Of a stretch of 64,000 bases of DNA, positions 53,717 through 62,041 are shown in pieces. Numbering within the stretch: position 1 is the stretch's first letter; each line of letters begins with the position of its first letter. Both the position numbers and the translations under genes were made by a program. The notes under the pieces are model-generated. The model was not told the origin of the DNA. It saw only the letters and a program-made list of their open reading frames with translations, and made no database searches. This stretch comes from an uncultured Bacillota bacterium (GTDB taxonomy: Bacteria; Bacillota_I; Bacilli_A; RFN20; CAG-826): the NCBI GenBank assembly GCA_937876465.1, contig CALEHV010000044.1, positions 9,841 through 73,840 of the forward strand, read 5' to 3'.

Positions 53717-56700
53717 ATGCTTAGATTATTAAAAAAGAACAAATTAATTATAGCACTATCATTATTCTTAATGAGTGGCGTAACAGCAGTAGTAGTTTCT
53801 ACTATTGCATGGTTTAAGGATGTCAGCATGTTTTCTCCATCAAATGCTTCTAGCTCTGTTATCACTAATTACTTTGACTCAGGAAAAGGAACACAAGCTG
53901 ATCCTCTCGTTATAACAAGACCAATACATTATTACAATCTCGTTTATCTACAAGAAACAAATCCTACTATTGAAGCAATTAGCGCTCAACCATTTGCTGA
54001 TTCAGTACTTTATTTCCAATTTGGTAAAAAAGATATTGACGGCAATGGTGGAACAGGCGATGAGAATATTTACAAATTCTATAACTATGGAGACGATGGA
54101 ACATTGCAATATAACGCTCAAGGCGATGAAACATATTCTCCAATTCTAAATATGAATTACTATAGTGGAACACGCGCTTTACCTCCATTAGGTTCAAGCA
54201 CACATCCATTTAAAGGACATATTGTTGGAAACAACTTAACTGTTTCAAAATTACACATTAATGGTGAAGGGTATTCAGATATTGGTATTTTTGGTTATGT
54301 AGCTCAAGGCGCTACTGTTTCAAATTTATATTTTGAAGCACCTTATATTGATGCCGGCAAAAATGATTGTACTAAGACCGGATCAAGTGGACACGATCCA
54401 CATCCAACCCACACATATATTGGGTATTTGGCTGGTCACGTTTACCAAGCTAACTCATCGTTCTCTAACGTTTACGTTAATAACTGTGAATTAGAAAATA
54501 CAACAGGCAATCAAAGTGAAATGATTAATACTTATGGTTATTTCGGCCACGTTGATTTGCCATCTGATATTCAAACAGAATCAGCAAGCTATTCTGCGGA
54601 AGCAAAAGCAAGCGATATCTATAACGCTGTAAACGGCTCTTATTCTGATGCAAGTAGTCAATCGGTTGTTTCAAGAAATACTTCTTACACTCCTAGCGGA
54701 ACATATGGTTCAGCGGTTACTAATTCCGGTGGCACTTATAATATGGGAAGTTATTCAGCCAACAATCCATATTCTTTATCAACCATCGGATATACTGGCG
54801 GCGAATCAGTTAACATGAATATCCGTTATAAGATTTCCGAAGGAAATCTAAACCCATTAGACATTAATACTACTCAATTAGATTCAAAACCAACCGAAGA
54901 AGAGTGGAAACAAAAAGATGATGGATCATATGTTTATTGGGATTCAGCAAATAGTAAATGGACTTATGCAAAAGTTGAATCGCATTCTTCTGGAGAAGAA
55001 GTAACGGTAGATTACAATTGCTTTACAATTTCATATACTTATAATTCAAAGAATTACTTCTTGAGATACGATAATGGTAATTTAGGATGCGCTCAAATCG
55101 ATTTGAATGCAAGCGGTGACCCAGTAACAACTTTAGGTGACGATTATTATTTCGTCTTTAAGAAAACCGAAGGCTCTAAAGGTATTGAAGAATTTACTTC
55201 AAATTCAAATAGTGCCTCCGTATACATTTACTCTCCTGCATATCAAAAGTATCTGTATATACAAGAAGTGTCTTCTAGTAATGAATATACTCCTCAATTT
55301 ATTGATACAGCAGAATTGAAGTTTAATATTTCCGGACAACCAACAACAGAAATTTCAACAGTTTTAGGTTCCTACACCGATGCTCTCCATGGTGAAAGCC
55401 ATGTTTGGAGTAATAGAAAAACATCTACAAATCCAGGCACAACATTTACAATTGGAAAACCTGGCACTAGATCAAGTGTTGTTGGTTCAGAATATAATCT
55501 TATTACTAGTTCAACTGGTGTTCACGCTGGTGATGTTGTTGTTATTGCAACAGGATTTGATGTTGGTAAGAGCCATTCGTATAGTGGCTATTATGTAATG
55601 ACTGGTCAAAACACAAATAACCGTTCAGCCGAATTAACTACTGTAGTTAATAATAAATTAACACCGATACCAGGAGCTGCCGAATTCCTTATTGGAGACG
55701 GTTCCAGTGTTGTAGAAGATTCCTATACTTTCTTTGATCAATCTTCTACTTATAAAGAAGATAATAGTGGTTATCTTTATGCTTCTAGTAGTAACAGCAA
55801 CTATATGAACACCAACAAATTAAGTACTGCTGGAGATAACGCCTATGCAACCATTAATATTGACGCAAACGGATATGCTGAAATACGTTTCCAAGGTCCA
55901 AGTACGCGTGACTATATGTATTTTAACTCAAACACTCAGGGCACATATCCAAATTATTCTCAATTTAGTCCTTTATTCTCATGTTATGGATATAAATCTG
56001 TGGGTAGTAGTTTAACTGCTATTGGATATGATGATTCGCATAACCAATTCCATTATCCTAAATTATTTAAAAAGACAGAAATTCACGGTAGTGATGAAGA
56101 TTATTCAACTTGTGTTGTTAGAAGATACACTTCATACGCCCCTATTGAACAGACCGTAACACCATACGATATGTTTACCGCCCCATTATCTGCAGATGCT
56201 GATAATCCAGCAAGTTATTCGTCTACCCCATTTAACGTTAATCCTGATAAAGATGTCACGTTTATATTCGCTTCTTCAAGAGTTTCTTTTACTGGTTCTA
56301 GCGAAACATATTGGGCAAAAGTTACTAACCAATCAGAGATTACTTCAGGCGATAAATATTTAATTGTTAGTGAAGACGATGGAGTTGCGTTTGATGGCTC
56401 TTTAACAGCGCTTGATGCGGGTAAAAACAAGATTTCGGTTACAATTTCAGATTCTAAGATTACTGAAAATGCCACCGCTTTAATTGCAAGTTCGTTTACA
56501 ATTTCAACAGTAACTGGAGGATATTCAATCCAATCTTCCAGCGGATATTATATTGGCTCCTCATCTACTGGTAATCAACTTAAAACAAGTACATCATATA
56601 GTGCTAGTACCTATCTGAATACAATTTCTATTGACACAAATTCTAATGCAACAATTAAGGCAGGTGGAACAGAAAATCAAACATTGGCTTATAACTCTGT

Positions 56701-57637
56701 ATCAGGGGATACAAACGAACGTTTTAGATATTATAAAACAGCAGGAGGTACCAGCAATAACCATTACCCTCAATTATTTAAATTGATTGAAGCTCAAGGT
56801 AGCACAGAAACATATATTGGTGACTTAGTCGGCAATAGATATAATCCAAATCGTATTGATGTTGTAGGTCCAGTTTCTTTCAGTTCGAATTCTTATAGCT
56901 TTACAGGAACCAGTTCAGTTACAAGTTCACCAAGTGGAAAATATTACACTACGTCATTTATTAAGAGTGGTATTTCTATCCTTGTAGATAAAAACGGATC
57001 AAGAGATCTTGGACATTTAATTGTTGATTATAGCGGTTCTTCAGAACCATACTTATTTAGCACTTCAGGAAGTTCTACAACATTATCTACTGCAGGTGCT
57101 AGAGATACAGACGGAAATGCAGGCGATAACGTCCACAGTTACTTATTGAACTTTAACAATACAAATATTTTGACGCTTGCATATTGCGGAATTGATTCAA
57201 GTGGCAATATTGTATCGTTAAATAGTGGTTCATTAGAAAAATATGTATTAGTCGTTGGTGCTGCAACTAGTGTTGCATTTAGTAACGTACAATATAACTT
57301 CCTTAAACCTCAGGGCAATGTCGGAAACTTTGGAAGTGTCGATTATAGAACAGCTCAATATGATAGCAACGGAGTTATAACTCAAGCATCGCTAAATGAG
57401 CAAGTTGCTAACTCTAATATCTCGATTTTCTATGATATAACAAATGAGAACCATGTATTCTCGATGACTGTTTTATACGACTCATCTACTCAAACATATA
57501 ATTTAACAGTAGAAACCAATATGGATATTGTTATAACCGTCTTCCTCTACGATAACACTTCAAAGGTTATTGTTAACGGAGATACATCACATACATATAT
57601 GGCATCCTCAAATGTAATTCCTATCATAGTGAATTAG
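53717..57637 (+). CDS. giant (1306 aa) secreted adhesin-like protein with SipW-cognate-type signal peptide and GLUG-like beta-helix region
   Basis: ..GVTAVVVSTIAWFKDVS... There is a GLUG-like stretch (HPFKGHIVGNNLTVSKLHING..IGIFGYVAQGATVSNLYFE..YIGYLAGHV..FSNVYVNNCEL, about 54190-54500) and two copies of the module shared with the preceding protein. No LPXTG. SD aaaggag lies 15 nt after the upstream stop. Confidence 0.7.
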   Translation: MLRLLKKNKLIIALSLFLMSGVTAVVVSTIAWFKDVSMFSPSNASSSVITNYFDSGKGTQADPLVITRPIHYYNLVYLQETNPTIEAISAQPFADSVLYFQFGKKDIDGNGGTGDENIYKFYNYGDDGTLQYNAQGDETYSPILNMNYYSGTRALPPLGSSTHPFKGHIVGNNLTVSKLHINGEGYSDIGIFGYVAQGATVSNLYFEAPYIDAGKNDCTKTGSSGHDPHPTHTYIGYLAGHVYQANSSFSNVYVNNCELENTTGNQSEMINTYGYFGHVDLPSDIQTESASYSAEAKASDIYNAVNGSYSDASSQSVVSRNTSYTPSGTYGSAVTNSGGTYNMGSYSANNPYSLSTIGYTGGESVNMNIRYKISEGNLNPLDINTTQLDSKPTEEEWKQKDDGSYVYWDSANSKWTYAKVESHSSGEEVTVDYNCFTISYTYNSKNYFLRYDNGNLGCAQIDLNASGDPVTTLGDDYYFVFKKTEGSKGIEEFTSNSNSASVYIYSPAYQKYLYIQEVSSSNEYTPQFIDTAELKFNISGQPTTEISTVLGSYTDALHGESHVWSNRKTSTNPGTTFTIGKPGTRSSVVGSEYNLITSSTGVHAGDVVVIATGFDVGKSHSYSGYYVMTGQNTNNRSAELTTVVNNKLTPIPGAAEFLIGDGSSVVEDSYTFFDQSSTYKEDNSGYLYASSSNSNYMNTNKLSTAGDNAYATINIDANGYAEIRFQGPSTRDYMYFNSNTQGTYPNYSQFSPLFSCYGYKSVGSSLTAIGYDDSHNQFHYPKLFKKTEIHGSDEDYSTCVVRRYTSYAPIEQTVTPYDMFTAPLSADADNPASYSSTPFNVNPDKDVTFIFASSRVSFTGSSETYWAKVTNQSEITSGDKYLIVSEDDGVAFDGSLTALDAGKNKISVTISDSKITENATALIASSFTISTVTGGYSIQSSSGYYIGSSSTGNQLKTSTSYSASTYLNTISIDTNSNATIKAGGTENQTLAYNSVSGDTNERFRYYKTAGGTSNNHYPQLFKLIEAQGSTETYIGDLVGNRYNPNRIDVVGPVSFSSNSYSFTGTSSVTSSPSGKYYTTSFIKSGISILVDKNGSRDLGHLIVDYSGSSEPYLFSTSGSSTTLSTAGARDTDGNAGDNVHSYLLNFNNTNILTLAYCGIDSSGNIVSLNSGSLEKYVLVVGAATSVAFSNVQYNFLKPQGNVGNFGSVDYRTAQYDSNGVITQASLNEQVANSNISIFYDITNENHVFSMTVLYDSSTQTYNLTVETNMDIVITVFLYDNTSKVIVNGDTSHTYMASSNVIPIIVN

Positions 57638-57641
57638 ATAC

Positions 57642-57672
57642 AAAAAATACGCACATAGTTGCGTATTTTTTT
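57642..57672. terminator. bidirectional terminator between the adhesin operon and convergent xdhC-like gene
   Basis: Stem atacgc (57647-52) / gcgtat (57661-66) with an A-run 5' and tttttt 3'. Confidence 0.8.
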
Positions 57673-57680
57673 AAACTCGT

Positions 57681-58532
57681 TTATTTGAAATATTTTATAT
57701 TTTCAGGAACATTATTTCTCATATGAGAATTGATATCTTCTTTTCCATAGAATACAGATAATATTTCACCTGCAATTGATATAGCAACTTCTTCAGGAGA
57801 ATCTCCTCCAGTGACTAATCCAATAGGAGAATAGAAGTTTGATAGATCTATATCTTTTCCATGCGCTTCGTAAGAGCGTTCAAGATAGTCTCCAACCTTC
57901 TTTTTGCTGCAAAGCATTCCGAAGTATTTGGGTTTAATATTTAGTCTTAATATTGCATCTAATACGTTGTAGTCGTTTGTATGACTTGGTGTGCATACGA
58001 CAACGAACCTATTATTAGGTATTCCGTGTTTTTCTATGTATTCAACAAAGCCTTCGTTTACTTTAATGTCTGCAGAGTCATCTAATGCATCTAAAACTTC
58101 TTTTCTTTCATCAATGATTGTTACAAAGAAATTTAATGGTTTTAAGACTCTAGCAAGTGCAGCTCCACAATGTCCTGCACCAAATATATATACGTATTGT
58201 TTAGGACCTACAAACTCATAGAAAAGTGTTACCTTTCCGCCACAAGCCATAGGCAATTGAACTTCGCCATTATCAACATAAATATCTCTTTCGCATAAAA
58301 CATATCTTTCTGTAAAAGATTGGCGATTTACAAGGATTTCTGCACATTTATTACGTGCATAGAACTCAATTGCGCCGCCACCTACAGTACCCCAAGCAAC
58401 ATTGCCTTCGGTTACTAACATTTTCTTACCTACATCAGCTGGACCTTGTCCTTCTTTTTCGGTAACTGTGACTAAAACACAATCTTTTCCCTGTGCTCTT
58501 AATTCTGTTATTTTTGAAAATAAATCTACCAT
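57681..58532 (-). CDS. XdhC/CoxI-family accessory protein (XdhC_CoxI N-domain + Rossmann-like C-domain)
   Basis: N-terminus ..LRAQGKDCVLVTVTEKEGQGPADVGKKMLV..WGTVGGGAIE and C-domain YIFGAGHCGAAL.. are typical of XdhC-like proteins. Confidence 0.7.
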   Translation of the reverse strand: MVDLFSKITELRAQGKDCVLVTVTEKEGQGPADVGKKMLVTEGNVAWGTVGGGAIEFYARNKCAEILVNRQSFTERYVLCERDIYVDNGEVQLPMACGGKVTLFYEFVGPKQYVYIFGAGHCGAALARVLKPLNFFVTIIDERKEVLDALDDSADIKVNEGFVEYIEKHGIPNNRFVVVCTPSHTNDYNVLDAILRLNIKPKYFGMLCSKKKVGDYLERSYEAHGKDIDLSNFYSPIGLVTGGDSPEEVAISIAGEILSVFYGKEDINSHMRNNVPENIKYFK

Positions 58533-58712
58533 AATTGTCTTGGTTATATTTTACAAAAAAACACTAATAAAATATACAAAATTTTATGCTTTGAGTTTCG
58601 TTACTCTTACCGAACCAAATAATTTGTTTTTGAATAATGGTAAAAAATTATTTAATTTTTACTATAAATGTATAAAATATAAGTGCATTTATTTTAATAA
58701 AGGAGAAATACT

Positions 58713-59684
58713 ATGCCATTAGTAAATTCAAAAGAATTATTTAAAAAAGCATACGAAGGTGGCTACGCAATTGGTGCATTTAACTGCAACAATATGGAAA
58801 TTGTCCAAGCTATTACAGAAGCCGCTAAAGAATGCAATTCACCAGTTATTCTTCAAGTATCTGCTGGTGCAAGAAAATATGCCAAAGCATGTTATTTAAG
58901 ACATATGGTTGAAGCTGCTGTTGAAGACACAAACTTACCAATCGTCTTACACCTTGATCACGGTGCAGACTTTGAAATTTGTAAAGATTGTATCGATGGT
59001 GGATTCACATCAGTTATGATTGATGCTTCAAGCAAATCATTTGAAGAAAACATCGCAATCACAAAGAAAGTTGTTGAATATGCACACAATCACGTTCCAT
59101 ACGTTACAGTTGAGGCTGAATTAGGAACATTAGCTGGCATTGAAGATGAAGTTAAAGTTGAACATGGTGCAGAATCATACACAAACCCAGACCAAGTCGA
59201 AGAATTCGTCAAACGTACAGGTGTTGATAGCTTAGCTATTGCTATTGGTACTTCACATGGTGCATACAAATTCAAACCAGAACAATGCACACGCAATAAA
59301 GACGGCGTCTTATGCCCACCTCCATTAAGATTTGATATTCTTGAAGAAGTTAGCAAGCGTCTTCCAGGATTCCCAATCGTTTTACACGGTTCAAGCTCAG
59401 TTAACCAAGAATACGTTGAAATTATCAACGCACATGGTGGTAAATTAGTTGATGCTGTTGGTGTTCCAGAGGAGCAATTACGTCAAGCTGCAAGATTAGC
59501 AGTTTGCAAAATCAACATTGACTCAGATTTACGTTTAGCAATGACTGCTGGTATTCGTGAACACATGGAAAATCATCCAGACCATTTCGATCCACGTCAA
59601 TACGTTGGTGATGGTCGTGCTTATGTTAAGAAATTAGTTGAACATAAGATAAGAGACGTTTTAGGTTCAGTTGACAAAATCTAA
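58713..59684 (+). CDS. fba: class II fructose-1,6-bisphosphate aldolase
   Basis: GGYAIGAFNCNNME, VILQVS, HLDHG, GTSHGAYKF and LHGSSSV. Strong SD aaaggag. Confidence 0.95.
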   Translation: MPLVNSKELFKKAYEGGYAIGAFNCNNMEIVQAITEAAKECNSPVILQVSAGARKYAKACYLRHMVEAAVEDTNLPIVLHLDHGADFEICKDCIDGGFTSVMIDASSKSFEENIAITKKVVEYAHNHVPYVTVEAELGTLAGIEDEVKVEHGAESYTNPDQVEEFVKRTGVDSLAIAIGTSHGAYKFKPEQCTRNKDGVLCPPPLRFDILEEVSKRLPGFPIVLHGSSSVNQEYVEIINAHGGKLVDAVGVPEEQLRQAARLAVCKINIDSDLRLAMTAGIREHMENHPDHFDPRQYVGDGRAYVKKLVEHKIRDVLGSVDKI

Positions 59685-59702
59685 TTAAATAAAATTTAAA
59701 AA

Positions 59703-59740
59703 AGATTAACCTCAACTTGCGAGGTTAATCTTTTGTTTTA
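59703..59740 (+). terminator. rho-independent terminator after fba
   Basis: Stem agattaacctc (59703-13) / gaggttaatct (59721-31), then tttgtttt. Confidence 0.9.
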
Positions 59741-59762
59741 ATCCTTAAAAGGTAGAAAAGTT

Positions 59763-60485
59763 ATGAAAATTATTACAGGAACTATAGAAGAATTAGATGC
59801 ATTAGTTGCACAAGAATTTGTTAAGGTTGTTAACAAGAAACCAAATGCAGTTTTAGGCCTTGCTACAGGCACGACTCCAATTGGTGTTTACGCAAATTTA
59901 AGTAAAATGTGTAAAGAACACAAAGTGTCCTTTACAGGTGTTAAAACATATAACCTTGACGAATATAAAGGAATTGATCCTGAAAACGATCAATCATATC
60001 GTTACTTCATGAACAAATATCTTTTCAGCTGTATTGATGTAAAAATCGAAAATACACATGTTCTTTCTGGCAAGATTGCTAGTGATGCAGAAGCTGAAAA
60101 ATACGATGAAGAAATCGCTAATGCAGGTGGAATTGATATTCAAATTTTAGGTATTGGTTCAAACGGTCATATCGCTTTTAACGAGCCAGGTACTAAGTTT
60201 GATAGCAAGACGCATATTGTTGCTCTTACTGAATCCACAATTAAAGATAATTCTCGTTTATTTAAGTCAATCGATGAGGTTCCTACCCATGCTATTACAA
60301 TGGGTTTAGCAACAATTGTGAAAGCTAAGAAAATTGTCTTAGTTGCCTATGGCAAAAACAAAGCCCTAGCTATTAAGAAACTTATTGAAGATGAACCAAG
60401 TGAATCACTTCCATGTTCAATATTGAAAAAGCATCCAGATTGCACAATATATGTAGATGAGGATGCTTACTCATTGATGAAATAA
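59763..60485 (+). CDS. nagB: glucosamine-6-phosphate deaminase
   Basis: LGLATGTTPIG, NLDEY, ILGIGSNGHIAFNEPG. Confidence 0.95.
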   Translation: MKIITGTIEELDALVAQEFVKVVNKKPNAVLGLATGTTPIGVYANLSKMCKEHKVSFTGVKTYNLDEYKGIDPENDQSYRYFMNKYLFSCIDVKIENTHVLSGKIASDAEAEKYDEEIANAGGIDIQILGIGSNGHIAFNEPGTKFDSKTHIVALTESTIKDNSRLFKSIDEVPTHAITMGLATIVKAKKIVLVAYGKNKALAIKKLIEDEPSESLPCSILKKHPDCTIYVDEDAYSLMK

Positions 60486-61444
60486 TCTTTAATAAATTTT
60501 TCCCAAGGAACTCCGTTTAATTCGAGAGTTCCTTTCTTTTTGAGAATCTTTAATGAATTTTTACATTCAACTTTTAATTTTTTGTATTCTTCTTTGGTAT
60601 ATCCAGATTTAATTATTTGTCTATCTCCCCAAATTAGAAGATGTCTTCTCGCATTTAAATTTAAATACATTTTTAATAGAGTTGGTTCTTTCTTTTCGAT
60701 TAAAAATCTTTCAGTAGCAAATATCTTAATAAACCAAGGAATACGAGTGGTGTCTTTTGCACTTGTGGTCGATTCGTATGTTTTATCGTAATAGTAAATT
60801 GGTTTAGAAATTAAGACTAATTTTGAACAATTCATGAATATTTGGAAATTTGTCAAAACGTCCTCTCTTATTATGTTTTCTGGTGGCAAAATGAATGATT
60901 TTCCTTGCAAAAGTTCTGTTTTATAGATTTTGTTCCACATGAAACCATGCATGAAACTATCTTGCATTAAGGCTTTCAACATGCCTTTTCGATCATATGT
61001 TTTATTTTTAGAAAAGAAGTTCTTTTTTGCTTTTCCGTTTCTAACATAATAGTAACTTGAAGCAACAATATCAGCATTGGTTTCTTTTATCTTGCTAACC
61101 ATTATTTCTACAGCGTCTTCTCTATAGTAATCGTCGCCATCTATAAACATTAGGTATTCACCTTTAGCTTCTTTTATTCCACGCAATCTAGCAAAGCCAA
61201 CAGAGCGAGTTGTAACATCAATATTTTTAATGTTTGAGTTTTTCTCAATGAAAGAATTAATAATGCTTAAAGTATTATCCTTACAAGGATCTGAAACGCA
61301 AATAACTTCAAATGAATAGGAAGTCTTTTGGTTAAGAATTGATTCTAAACAACGAGTAATACTTCTTTCGTTGTTATAGACAGGGATAATAATTGAAACA
61401 TCATATTCCATAACTTCTTTATTATAAATGGTATTTGATTGCAT
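60467..61444 (-). CDS. family-2 glycosyltransferase (soluble, non-processive type)
   Basis: VSIIIPVYNNERSITRCLESILNQ and the DxD motif as FIDGDD. The start is taken as the ATG at 61444 (or 61411) because the longer track ORF would overlap the divergent lipoprotein gene. Confidence 0.8.
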   Translation of the reverse strand: MQSNTIYNKEVMEYDVSIIIPVYNNERSITRCLESILNQKTSYSFEVICVSDPCKDNTLSIINSFIEKNSNIKNIDVTTRSVGFARLRGIKEAKGEYLMFIDGDDYYREDAVEIMVSKIKETNADIVASSYYYVRNGKAKKNFFSKNKTYDRKGMLKALMQDSFMHGFMWNKIYKTELLQGKSFILPPENIIREDVLTNFQIFMNCSKLVLISKPIYYYDKTYESTTSAKDTTRIPWFIKIFATERFLIEKKEPTLLKMYLNLNARRHLLIWGDRQIIKSGYTKEEYKKLKVECKNSLKILKKKGTLELNGVPWEKFIKDYFINE

Positions 61445-61490
61445 ATCACTAAAGTAAAGTGTTATATTTAAAAAAACTAAGGATTTAATT

Positions 61491-61976
61491 ATGAAAAGAT
61501 CGTTGTTCGTGTTGTGTTCCGCATTTGCATTAGTCTCTTTGTGTGGCTGCAATAATGGTGGAACAACAACTAGTGAAAGTCCTATAACTTCTACTTCAGC
61601 TTTTATTACAGATTGGACTCAAGAAGAAAAAGAAATGATGTCTTCTAACTTGTTTGGACAAATAGTTCCTTTTTATTATGTTATGGGTCAAAAAATGGAA
61701 AACAAAATGGATTCTGAATATCCACATATACATATAGGTGCTGAAAGAGGTACTATACAGCACGCACAAGGTTTACAAACTATATTGCGTGATGGTGGTT
61801 GGACAATTGCGTTAGCATTAGGAGAATATGCTCCTTGGCCTTCATTTTTCTCTGCTCAAAAGAATGTTGGTTCTGATAAGCATCTAGAAATTCAAGTTTT
61901 TCTTGGAGTTGAAGGCGAAGAACCTACTGCAGGAAAATGGAATTACGATATATTCCCTTGTAATGGTTTAATGTAA
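61491..61976 (+). CDS. small lipoprotein, unknown function
   Basis: Signal peptide MKRSLFVLCSAFALVSLCGC with the lipobox-like L-C-G-C, followed by an NNGGTTTSES linker. Confidence 0.65.
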   Translation: MKRSLFVLCSAFALVSLCGCNNGGTTTSESPITSTSAFITDWTQEEKEMMSSNLFGQIVPFYYVMGQKMENKMDSEYPHIHIGAERGTIQHAQGLQTILRDGGWTIALALGEYAPWPSFFSAQKNVGSDKHLEIQVFLGVEGEEPTAGKWNYDIFPCNGLM

Positions 61977-62041
61977 TAGTAAAAAGATTTTTATTAAATC
62001 TTTTTATTGAATATAAGAAAAGTATTGTTTAAAATAAATGT

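Noticed and set aside
49355-57637. Sortase-anchored (LPXTG) surface proteins or a sortase-assembled pilus
   Set aside because: Neither giant protein ends in LPXTG, a hydrophobic segment and a basic tail. No sortase gene is in the window, and the N-terminal signals are of the SipW type.
32992-57680. tRNA-Ala-flanked genomic island or mobile element carrying the adhesin locus
   Set aside because: No integrase, recombinase or transposase gene is present. I noticed no direct repeat of the tRNA 3' end near 57.6 kb by eye, and there is no obvious compositional break. A systematic repeat search and comparative genomics would be needed to revisit this.
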